Part shown: positions 51,357-62,372 of the stretch, piece by piece | Numbering within the stretch: the stretch's first letter is position 1 | Layout of the letters: every line of letters begins with the position of its first letter | Origin: Oopsacas minuta | Lineage: Eukaryota > Animalia > Porifera | Assembly: GCA_024704765.1 (NCBI GenBank) | Contig: JAKMXF010000305.1 | Coordinates: 224,682 to 288,681, forward strand | DNA: 64,000 bases | Reading direction: 5' to 3' | The notes under the pieces: model-generated | What the model saw: only the letters and a program-made list of their open reading frames with translations | What the model was told of the DNA's origin: nothing | Databases searched by the model: none | Program-made: the position numbers and the translations under genes

Positions 51357-52624
51357 CATGGTGGAAAGAAATTAATGCCTACTGACCTAATTTATATTAT
51401 GAACCCAAAATATTCTTGAAGTTTGATAATTACCATATTTTCATCAGTTATTTATTTCTTACGTTTTGTTCTTTGATTTTGACATATTGTCCTTGCTTAG
51501 GAAGCGTATTTTATTTATATTATTTATCAGATTTGTTTATCCAAATTTCAGCTGATAATAATGGTCAGGGAGACCAGTTCATGTGCAAGAAGCAGGACTG
51601 TAGGAATGGTATTAGGAGGAATGACCCAAAAATGTGCTTCAGAAAAGTTAGGTGTGAGTATTCGACAATTCGACGATGGCTATCCTGTTATAAGAATGAA
51701 GGTCCCTAGAAAATATGCATGGACGTGGACGTAATCAATACTTACAAAAGTTGCAAAAATCATCATAGCCAAATCTATTTCCAAGAGACATCAATCAACA
51801 CGGAAATTAGCTAAACGTTTACGCTCAAAGGGTTGTGCAGTTTCTCATACTAATGTGCGTAAGTATTTAAGGAGTACACTCAAAGTAATTCCTTTCAAAC
51901 CTCAAAAACAGCCGAAAATTACTGAAAAACAGCGGACCGCTCGCCTAAAGTTTTGTCGAGATCGAAAAACTTGGAAATAGAAGACTGGTGTCAAGTATTG
52001 TTTTCAGACGAATCACCCTCTGAGATATATCCACATCCTAATAGTCAAAATGATCGTGTCTGGGCTTATGACCGATCTCAGCTTTTACCCTCTGAAAGAA
52101 TAAAATTTCCCTCAAAAATCCTTGTATGGGGTGTAATGTCGTTTAGAGCTGTATCAGAACTTCATTTCATCCCAAAAGGCCAAACAATCACAGCTGAATA
52201 TTATGTAAACGAGATATTAAATGGATCATTGATGTCTAGTTTGCTTCGCCAACCAGAACAGGGCAGTATTTTAACTAGGAAGTTGTTGCCAGACAAGTGA
52301 CGGTACACCTTCCAACAGGATGGTACGCCGGCAGATACAGGCAAAAGAGAACAAGAATGGTGCAATACCAACTTAGTTGAGTTTTGGCATAAGAGTCAAT
52401 GGCCAGGCAACTCTCCTGATCTCAACCCGATAGAAAATTTATGATCTATCGTAAAGCAAGAGATTGAACTGATGGACACTCAAACCAATATTTAAATGCT
52501 CGAAAAACACATCAAGCAGGCGTGGTCTCAAATCTCACCGAAAACTTTGGAGAATTTAGTATCCGGGATGCTAAAAAGGATGAAATTATGCATAAAACAA
52601 AAGGGTGGATATATTGGAAAATAA
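51357..52624 (+). mobile_element. Tc1-like transposon, DD37E-type, pseudogenised
   Basis: ATG 51561; FSDES, NDRVW, KILVWGVMS, QDGTPA...WPGNSPDLNPIE with 37 residues counted between D and E; stop 52622-52624; left end catggtggaaagaaattaatgcc resembles the end at 45188. Confidence 0.88.
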
Positions 52625-53108
52625 CTAGTGTATTGTATTGTTGTATCATCACATTATGCTAAGAATAATATTAGGGCATCAATTTCTTCACCTCAAATCT
52701 CAACAACAGAACTTCATTGCTTAATCCAAAATAGCTTCGTACTGCGTGTATCAAGAAATCCTCCAAAATACCGAAATTTCGATAATTTTGATGTTTTTGT
52801 ACAGGCATGATGAAGTGATAATCCCATGATGAGTTATCTTTGGTCAGAACATAACGTCAGGACATTTGCCACATTGAGGGGAACTGTGAATAAAATTTCA
52901 AACTTCTATCATTTATATGGCTGAGCAGTGCTTACTGTGCTTATTCGAAATCCAAAAATGTGACAATGACATCTATATCTTGTTCAAGGCTTGAAATGTT
53001 CCGAGCATGGCCCAAAATAACCTTGTATGCCAAATTCAGCCTACAGGGTCCTCCCGGTTTCTTTAATCAATTCTGGACTTAACATATATATATATATACA
53101 TACATAGA
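52625..53108 (-). mobile_element. Complete non-autonomous Helitron (484 bp)
   Basis: Minus strand starts TC(tatgtatgtatatat...), ends CTAG, inserted between A and T; colinear with 5378-5753. Confidence 0.8.
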
Positions 53109-53699
53109 TACATTTCGTATTAATAGTATAGAATATTCGACTTGATAGTTTGTGTGTTTCTACCACTTAGTGGTAAAGTCATTCGGTCATAACCTGAACA
53201 TCCAATATCGAAGCCAACCATACCTTATTTTCGACAATAATAAAGAATATTACTTTAAATTATAATATTATGGTTTTCACAGAATATTTTCGTGTACCTC
53301 TGTATTTTACATTGAATGGTTCCAAAAAAGTTTCACTATTTCCTAGATTGTGCCATAGGTGTTTGGATTGAATATTCGGTTGCTGAATCGGCATCAAACT
53401 TATAAGCCTTGACAGTACTCGAAGACAATTTTCTCCGATCACAATACCTCTACTGCTAGGTGAATTTATGCGGTCCCTGTATCGGTATGGTAGCCAAAGC
53501 CTCTCCAAACTTATTGTTACAAAGTTGGAATCCCTCGTAAATCTCCGGAGATTTTCTACTAAGAGACCAGGAATGCACAAGACAGACACTAACCCAGGGG
53601 TATGCAGCAGGGGACGAGTGGGTCGCTGCGATGTGCAGCACATTACCTCTTAAAGTCAAGAATCCAATCACTATTCATTAGAGAGGAGAGAAAACTGCA

Positions 53700-54000
53700 A
53701 TTAGTGATAGACTATATGGAAAAGGAAACTGTGGATCCAGAAAGATAGTAGGTCGACAGTTTCTCAGCTTTTGACGCATGCGAGGGGCTACTCAGCAAGA
53801 ACCATCTTAAGTAGGTACTCTATGTGTAATTGTGCATACTCGATGTCGCCTTCCATGAAATGTTGAATCACAAATAAACAGTCTTCAGATCAGCAACATT
53901 TTCATGGTGCATAGCCCGAAGCAAAGAGCTTGAGTTCTTCTGGCTTGTGTGGATTTGAAAATATCGGCAATTGTTGCTCATTGTCATAAACCGGGGCCTG
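53700..54000 (-). pseudogene. THAP-domain relic (second THAP transposon family)
   Basis: LLRAMHHENVADLKTVYL...QHFMEGDI...KLRNCRPTIF, parallel to WLRALHREDIEDLKNVLVCSNHF of the P element at 15.1 kb. Confidence 0.6.
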
Positions 54001-54236
54001 AAAAGCGACTGAGAATGATATGTATTGAAGATTTAAAATACAAGCACAAAGATGGGAAACGCGGGCGTGAGAGGTAAAGTTTGCAAAAAATTCAAAATCA
54101 ATAAATATTACAAGGAAATATTTGTAATTGATGGGATATTAAAAGTTTTTAAATCAAGATACGGTATGTCTATGGGTTAATAAACAGATTAGTAGAATCG
54201 CTAAAAATACAAATATATGAACCTAGAATGGCGTTA

Positions 54237-55085
54237 CTAGGGCGTTCAATAAGTCTTGCGGGTGATATCATAGAATATGATACAAAACACTATACACACT
54301 GATTCACTATGGTATTTTTCAAAGTAATTCCCTCCTGCAGATACACAAAGTTTTAACCTTTCCACCCACTTGTAAAACACATTTCTGTACTCTTCTTCGG
54401 GGATGAATTTAAAGTACTGGTACAGGCCCGTTCCGAGTGCTTGTAATGTGTTAAAATCTTTGCCTTGAAGGTAGATTGTAAACTTGGGGAATAGCCAAAA
54501 AATCACAACGAACTAGCTCTGGTGAGTGTGGTGGATGAGGGAGTAATTCTGACCCTTCTACATCCAAGAAATTTTTGATAAGCTTAGCTATATAGGAACT
54601 GGCGTTATCAATTAAAATCTTCATTCCTTGAGTTCCGGTTTTCGGGCGGTACTTTTATATAGTTTTTATAAAGTTTGAAAGCATTTGCTCTGTAAAGAAA
54701 GTAGCAGTAACAGGCTTGTCATTCTCACAAAGTAATTGCAAGACAATTCCATGACTACTGAAGAAGATGGTATATTTCTAATCTTAGGTTTTCTGCAGTT
54801 GGGCCTAGGAATTTCACCGGGTGTTGGTCGCCCCTCACTCATGATCGCTTCTTATACTTGCTATATGGTGTTGAATAGTAGACCCACGTCTTGTCACCAG
54901 TAATATTATATGGCAGGCGTCTAGAATCGCAATTCTCATAAGTTTCCAAGAGTTTCTTTGCGATATTCAGTCATGCCAACCGTTGATCCTCACTGAGCTT
55001 ATGCGGGACCGATTTCCCACAAATCGCTCGGTAGCCAAGCTCAGTCGTCAGAATTGTATGTTATAGCTCCTGATGAAATCTCCAT
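54237..55085 (-). mobile_element. 5'-truncated copy of the mariner family at 27389-28720
   Basis: Same TIR ctagggcgttcaataagtcttgcggg and highly similar sequence up to about 55085. Confidence 0.92.
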
Positions 55086-56115
55086 TCTTTCTTATAGTCA
55101 AAGGGTTTTGTCCATATTTGGAGCAGTTCTCAGGGGTGGAAAACCAATTCCCCCCTATTTTATAGAGTGGCCGTTTCACACAATTACTGTGGGTGCATTC
55201 TATAGTTAAGCGATTGGTACTACGACATTCAAAATGTTAAAATTTTAAGGATGTGTTATGTAACCCTCACACTAAAAATATAAGTAAGCAAATTTGAAAA
55301 CCTCATTTTCCGCACCGCTGTTTAATTGATAAAAGAGCTTCAAATATTAGTTTGTAGATATCTTGAAGAATCCAAATTTGAATGGAGTATCTTTTGGGAT
55401 CTGAAGATATACTAGTTAGATCATCCTAACTTAAGTTACTGGAACCACAATATTCGTAATTGGATAGCAATCTGCGGTAATAGGTTAGTAAAACGTTAAC
55501 CAAGTACGGTCGGGAAAAGTGTGATTTTATGACGTCAATAAGGTGCTGAAATCTCGATTCGAGTGCGAGAATTGGTTAAAAGGAGGTGATAAAGTTAACG
55601 TGTTCCTTTTGTTACCAACGTAACAATTCGGCCGAACCAGTTTAAGATACAAAATTCACAGGACAATAACCAGAGGAATATCTAGCGCATTCAAGTCTAT
55701 AACGTTGATAGCACTCATAAGGTGAGGAATACTCAAAGTTTATGGTAATAATGCGCAAGGTTTAAAAGGCGAAATACACTAGCCATTAATAGAATCGGAA
55801 ATAGGGAGAGAATAAAGTATTTACCGGGAAATAGAAATAGAAATAGAAAAGGTATTTCATTAAATAGAGGGGCCTTGTTATATTTACGGGGCTGGAATTA
55901 ACACCTTATGCAACATTTGTATCACTAAATCCAATATTATTTGGATGTAAATATGACAAGTAAACTTCTGAAAAAAACGCAATATCAGAATAACCAATAC
56001 ATGACTATAGCTACTATTAGTACAGTAGAATCCGCCTATTTCCGATCCGTCTAATATCTAAGTTCGCCTATTAGCAACTGTATTCATGGACATATAGTGC
56101 AGTTTTGTACGATAA

Positions 56116-58353
56116 CACTGTCCAACAAATTTTCATCATTTTTTGTTTCTGGAATACAAGTTAGTGTTTCTTATGTATTCAAGTATCCTGATTCCAAATA
56201 TCCAATCAGTTTTTCTCTATCAGGCAGAGATTTTGTAAAATTCAGAAATTTCTAAAATCATTTTCCATAGACCTCTATAGAATGTATAATTGTATATGTA
56301 TTAATACCTTCCGTATATATTGTATAAGAATTCAAATGTTCTTAAAATATATAGAATATTATTTGCTCTTTCAAGAGGAGATTATCTGACTGTATTTGTA
56401 TTTATTTCTTTTCAATAATGTCTCGTCGATGTTCAAACCCAACCGATTCTTTCTGTTATATTTGTGGAGATTTTACTACAAAATTTCAGCTGAGAGACAT
56501 GTCTCCCTTAGTACACAAGTGATTTGAGCAATATTTCGGTTGCAAGATTGGTGATCAAGATAAGGCTTGTGTACCTCATTTTTGTTGCTCAAAATGTGCA
56601 ATAGGACTAAGTAAATGGCTAAATGGCTCACGTACTTCAATGCAATTTGCTATTCCCATGATATGGAGGGAACCAAGAAATCATTATACTGATTGTTATT
56701 TCTGTTTGACTGATATAAAAGGAATCACTTCTAAGACCAAAAAGAATATATGTTATCCCAATCTTCAATCTGCGATTCGTCCTGTTGAGCATTCTACAGA
56801 ATTCGAAGTATCTAAGCCTAAGAAAGTTTCCTTTGATGACGATACTGTTGAATATGCTATGTTAGATCAAGATGATGAGGAATTTATACCTCCGCCTATG
56901 CCACCTGATAAAACAAGACTTCCCACACATCATTAATCAAAGTGAGCTGAATGATTTGGTTAGGGACTTGAATTTGACAAAAGATCAAAGTGAATTGCTT
57001 GGGTCAAGATTGAAAGGTTGGAACTCATTGGATGAAGAAACTAAAGTTTCATTTTTCAGGACCCGTCAAAGTGATTTCTCTGTACATTTTGAAATGCAGG
57101 GGTCTCTATGTTACTGTAACAATGTGGATCGTGTGATGGAGTTATTAGGTGTTCAATACGAACCATCAGAGTGGCGTCTCTTCATTGATTCTTCTAAGTA
57201 CAGCCTCAAGGCAGTCTTACTTCACAAAGGTAATGTATTACCATCCATACCGATAGGTCATTCAGTACACATGAAGGAGTCTCATGAGAATATGGATATC
57301 TTATTGAAACTGATCAGATATGACTCTTACAATTGGCACATCTGTGGTTATCTGAAGGTAATTGGACTTTTGTTGGGTATGCAACCTGGATACACGAAAT
57401 ATTGTTGCTTCCTCTGTGAGTGGGATAGTAGAGCAAGGCAATCCCACTATATAGTTAAGGAGTGGCCACTACGACATCAATTAACTGCTGGTACAAAGAG
57501 TGTAAGTTGTCAGTTCTTAGTAATCCTGAGAAAATTCTATTACCGCCTCTACACATAAAACTGGGTTTGATGAAAAACTTTGTAAAGGCGATAGTAAAAT
57601 ACAATGAAGAAGGAGAAGGTTTCAAATACCGCAAGGACAAATTTCCAAAGGTCAGCGATGCTAAAATCAAGGAAGGGATATTTATAGGTCCCCAAATTAG
57701 AGAACTATTCAAGGGTCTAAACTTTGAAGCATGTCTAAATTCTGTCGAGAAAGCAGCATGGAATTCATTCAAAACTTTAAATGAGAACTTTTTAGGAACT
57801 AAGAAATCACCATTTTATGAAGAAATAGTTGTGACACTACTTGATGTATTCAGAACAATGGGATGTAATATGTCTCTAAAAATACACTTTTTTCACTCAC
57901 ATTTGCAATTCTTTCCGGAAATGTAGGTGCCGTGTGTGATGAACATGGCGAAAGATTTCATCAAGATATAAGCACAATGGTAAGTCGTTACAATGGAAAA
58001 TTCTATCCAAACATGATGGCTGATTATTGTTGGTCACTAAAATGAGATATTCCGGATGCCACATACAAATGAAAATCATATTTCAAGCATTTTAAATTAG
58101 TATAATAAATGCTAAACCAATTGACAATTTTCATTGTAATTAAATCATAAGTATGTATTTGATTAGCCAAACTAAAGAAATATATTAATAGGAATACACT
58201 AGGGAAATGATATAACCAAATTATTGAATTTTTCAAAGTCCTTGCCTGATAGAGAAAAACTGATTGGATATTTGGAATCAGGGTGCTGGAATACATCAGA
58301 AACACTACAGTGTATTCCAGAAACAAAAAATGATGAAAATTTGTTGGACAGTG
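56116..58353 (+). mobile_element. Full-length Chapaev3 (CMC) transposon, frameshifted
   Basis: CAC...GTG termini, 43-bp perfect TIR, TAA TSD on both sides; ATG 56418; FCYICG, FGCKIGDQDK, WREPRNHYTDCYFC, WRLFIDSSKYSLKAVLLH, LLPPLHIKLGLMKNFVKA, DEHGERFHQDI. Confidence 0.95.
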
Positions 58354-58777
58354 TAATTAGCGCGGGTAACAGCAAATATGGATATTAAGAAGAAATATTC
58401 TTGCAAAATACGATGTCAAATAGGTGGTTTCACTGTATACCCAATCTTCTGTACAATAGTGCGTGAAGTACAAGATATAAAGCACAAAAATGTATAAAAT
58501 AGATATCCACGCGTAATAAAGATAGTCAATAACTAAGTGATAAGCTTAGTAGCAGTAACTTAGTGAAAAGCTTATAAAATTCATGTTAATATATATCAGA
58601 TGCCCAAAGATATTTCAGGAGTAGTTATCAATGATACATCAAATAGAATAAATAATATGATTCCAATACAAGTGGAAATCAATTGAAATTTCAGCATTAA
58701 TATTTAGACATGAAATATATATTGCTAAATAGAATACCAACGAAACTCAAAAATATTAGGCGAATAAGAGAAATTAC

Positions 58778-58985
58778 CTTTCCGTAAATCAAGCTGTATA
58801 CGTTTAACATACATAGAATAGCATAATGAACGTTGTTGGCTGTGTGAGAAGCTCCACTGTAAATATTTAATTGAGGACTTCGTAGATAATTCACAATCTG
58901 ATATATAATCTTAGGGAACAAAATACCACGAGCTTCAGTATTAAGCATTATCGAACTTCGAACTGTGTGTAACATAAAAATCAGC
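58778..58985 (-). CDS. DOCK: Probable DOCK exon
   Basis: RLIFMLHTVRSSIML resembles DOCK1 SIFKFIVRSRILF; 70 aa versus about 73 aa for the equivalent DOCK1 segment; acceptor acactttag, strong donor AAG|gtaatt; phase 2 to 0. Confidence 0.6.
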
Positions 58986-59489
58986 CTAAAGTGTTGAAAT
59001 GAAGGAATATGTAAAAATCAACTAATACTCAAAGTATAAAAATATGATAAAGATACATACATGAAAGGTGCTTGAAGAGAAAGTATGAACCCGAGAGGCA
59101 CACTGTTGAAAGGAGAGATAGTCATGCATATAGGTTCTTATGCAGACAAATACTCATTATCGGAGACAATCAACATTGCTCTACAAATGACTAGAAGAAT
59201 ATACAAGGAAAAGGACATTGTGTACAGTGTAGATAAGCGGCAGTGAAAACGAAATTTACAGGCTGTGATTCAAAATACTTGAGGGTAATTTCAGAGGTAT
59301 AAGAAGGAAGGTGATCAAATGAAGGTGAAATTGGCTGCGTTAACCAACCAACAACAATGGGCAAAGAAAGCAGCGAAGAAAAACAGAATTGGGTATATAG
59401 ACCTCAAAATACGAATATATTAGAGCTCCGGCTTCTTAATATAAGCCATACCATTAAATTTTGGACTAGGAACATAGTAGTGTACGGTA

Positions 59490-59825
59490 AATATCACATT
59501 GGTATACAGAATGGTCGCATAATACACCACTAATGCAATATACGACCATACCTTTAAGTATTATTAAATGTATCACAGGTAATATCGTTTCCAAACAATA
59601 AGAGCAAAATCTCAATGTTGCAATTTCTTTGCATATTTGATTTCAAAGTTAATGTACTGAATGATGTAAAGATGCTTCTATAAACCTTGGTAATGATAAC
59701 GTTGGCAGGCTTTTGAGTACAGCAGTGACCATTGATGGTAATAATTTGTCAACAACAATTAATAAGTGGAAAACACTCAATGATATAACAAAACTCACCA
59801 TTACCGATTTATAGTATATACCAGA
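59490..59825 (-). repeat. Left arm of a long diverged inverted-repeat pair
   Basis: Reverse complement shares tatatactataaatcgg(t/c)aatggtgagttttgt, ctgccaac, aactttgaa.tcaaatatg, aaagaaattgcaa and gtatacagaat with 61349-61725. Confidence 0.7.
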
Positions 59826-59934
59826 TTACCCATATCCTTATAGTACATGGCCATATGATATCGGATACAATTATGACGTAATCCTGAAGAGCAACACATA
59901 TGATCTTATTGGTCACTATGCAGTAATCCTTGTA

Positions 59935-61304
59935 TAGTGTGACAAGATGAAATTGGGAATCTTGGTATTCTGGTTATTTCGCTTGCTATAACGCAACCAT
60001 ATGTTCTAAAGCCCATTCCACTCGTTGTATTCGTAGATATATCACATTTCTATACATGCACTCTTTAAAATTATTTTCTAACACTGCTAATGTATTTTCA
60101 TTCCAACTATTGTAAAAGCTAAATTGCATATTATATTTGAATATTTTTTGTTATTTTCGTCGAAAATTATACTCATATCATTTGAATTTCATATCGAACT
60201 AGCTCTAAATAATGGAGCAAATGCACCGAGACATGATTAGGACCATACACCTGTCCGGTATTACGAATGCGATGGAGGTTTCTTGTCGCACAGGCATTCC
60301 AAAGAGCACAGTTTATCGAACAATTTCTAAACTCCGAGCCGAGATTCAATTGAGAGGAAGAGAGGTTGCGGAAAAGGCAGAGTTATCAGCAAGAACGATA
60401 CCGTTTCACTTGTCAAACTAGCTCGAAACAACAAACTAATGTCTATTAGGAAGTTGACAAACAAATTCAACACCACACGTTCGAATACGTACCCCAGGGA
60501 GACCGTGAGACAACACCTCAAGAGGGTTGGGACCCACCAGAAAAGTTGCCAAATCAATTCCGTTCCTCACAGAGAAGCATATGGACAGACGCGTGTCTTG
60601 GGCGAAAGATAACAAGGCTACGGATTGGGAGAAGGTCATATTCAGCGACGAAATATCCATTTGGTTATCACAAGGAAAGCTCTCCCTGTGGTGCAAAAGT
60701 GACGAACACCCATGAAACCCACCTCTGAGCACACACAAAAGCTTCATGTTTGGGGGGCATTTTCTGCTCGTGGCACGTTCCCTTTTGAAGATCTTTCGAG
60801 AAAATGTAACTGGTTTGGGGTACTGTCGAATTCTAAACGAGTGATTAATAGTTCAGAGTCAAGTTCTCTATCCTGATGGTTGGATTTTTCAGGAGAACAA
60901 TGATCCTAAGCACACCTCCAAGATTTCTAAAGATTTCATGCAGAAGGAGGGTATAATCAGAATGGATTGGCCAGCCTGTAGTCTGGATCTCAATTCAATT
61001 GAAAATCTATGGGCCTGGATAAAAATGCAGCTGGATTTGAGAGCTCCCAAGTCTCTTGACGCGCTTGAGAGTGTTGTCAACGAAGTCTGGGACAACATTT
61101 TTATTGAATTTTTGAAGCCATTTTGGGAATCTATGAGGAAAAGGATAGTTTTAGTAAAGAAGAGTTGTGGTCAGAAGATTAAGTACTAGTGGATTTGATA
61201 GTTTAGTTGTGTATGTTGTTTGTATAGTTTAGTTATAGAAAACAAAGATATCTCTTTATTAGAAAATATCTCTAAACATCTTCCAATTTCATCGTGTCAC
61301 ACTG
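59935..61304 (+). mobile_element. Full-length Tc1 transposon (DD34E), pseudogenised
   Basis: 22-bp TIR (c/t)agtgtgaca(a/c)gatgaaattgg with TA flanks; FSDEIS, KLHVWGAFS, QENNDPKH...WPACSLDLNSIENLW (34 spacing, second D mutated to N). Confidence 0.93.
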
Positions 61305-61348
61305 TATATAAGATAACAAAATATATTCCAAGTGAATTCGACATCGGC

Positions 61349-61725
61349 GTATATACTATAAATCGGCAATGGTGAGTTTTGTCATATTATTGGTGGATTT
61401 CGAATTCGACAAAAATTGTCAACCATGATAACTCAAGAAACTGCCAACATTATAATAATAAATTTATGTTAACAAAAGTATCTCTATATCATTTCGTATA
61501 CTAACTTTGAATCAAATATGGATATTTAACGTTTACATCCCATCAAAAATTGGGCCATTTTCTCTAAATAATGCTTTGTAGGAAAAGAAATTGCAAAACA
61601 TGAAAATTATTTGGCTTTTTTGGTTTGGAGACATGATATTCTACATATTGGTAATACATTTACTTGTGCATAAAAGTACTGTTTGTGCGATATTAAACTA
61701 TTCTGTATACTGATAATGTATATGC
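61349..61725 (+). repeat. Right arm of the inverted-repeat pair
   Basis: Inverted counterpart of 59490-59825. Confidence 0.7.
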
Positions 61726-61737
61726 CATGCACAACTA

Positions 61738-61906
61738 TAATAGAGTCTTCGAATAACGGACACGTTAGGGGCATCGCTTCTGTCCGTTTTAGGTAGTTGT
61801 CCGATTCTCGGAGACTGCTAAAGTATCACAAATATGATTGCGAAGTCATTTCGTTCCAGGAGGTTTGTCCGTTGTAGAGGGATCATCCGTTTTGGAGACT
61901 CTATTG
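61738..61906. mobile_element. pogo-type MITE, same family as 37362-37545, opposite orientation
   Basis: taatagagtcttcgaataacggacac ... ggagactctattg with TA flanks; internal gtctcc/ttgtccg motifs shared. Confidence 0.8.
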
Positions 61907-62247
61907 TATTTCCCTTGTATATCTGATGGTAGACCTTATATATAAGGCTTAGATTTTGTATGTGAATTAAGTATAGAATATAAAGCAGATTCCCATCCCT
62001 GACTAGACTCGCACCTCTGAACTCAAATATGATCTAATGATAAAATCAACAGCATCACTATTAAAAATCTCAAGTTAATTGAGAATTGGGCTATAACGAG
62101 ACAAAAGGGCAGGTAGGGGATGTGTATCGATTAAAAGAGTGAATTGGTGATGGAAATATGAAATATTCTTCCTTTTTAGATAACATGTTTATATGTGTTG
62201 GTAGTACATTTATAGTACATGACTGCACAAATATTGTACTAAGGCAC

Positions 62248-62372
62248 CTCAATAGAATCATACAGTCTCCCCTTACCAAATCCAATTCATTAATGGTTTT
62301 AAAGGAAATAAACCCAGTCATGAATCAGTAATGACGAAAATCCCTTGATAAATACATTCTTCAAAGTATTTC
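62248..62372 (-). CDS. Candidate DOCK exon that requires a 1-nt frameshift
   Basis: LKNVFIKGFSSLLIH in one frame and GDCMILLR in the next resemble DOCK LEAYIQQHFSATLAY...AMKALE; the AG|gtgcct donor gives the phase 2 needed by exon 58985. Confidence 0.3.
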
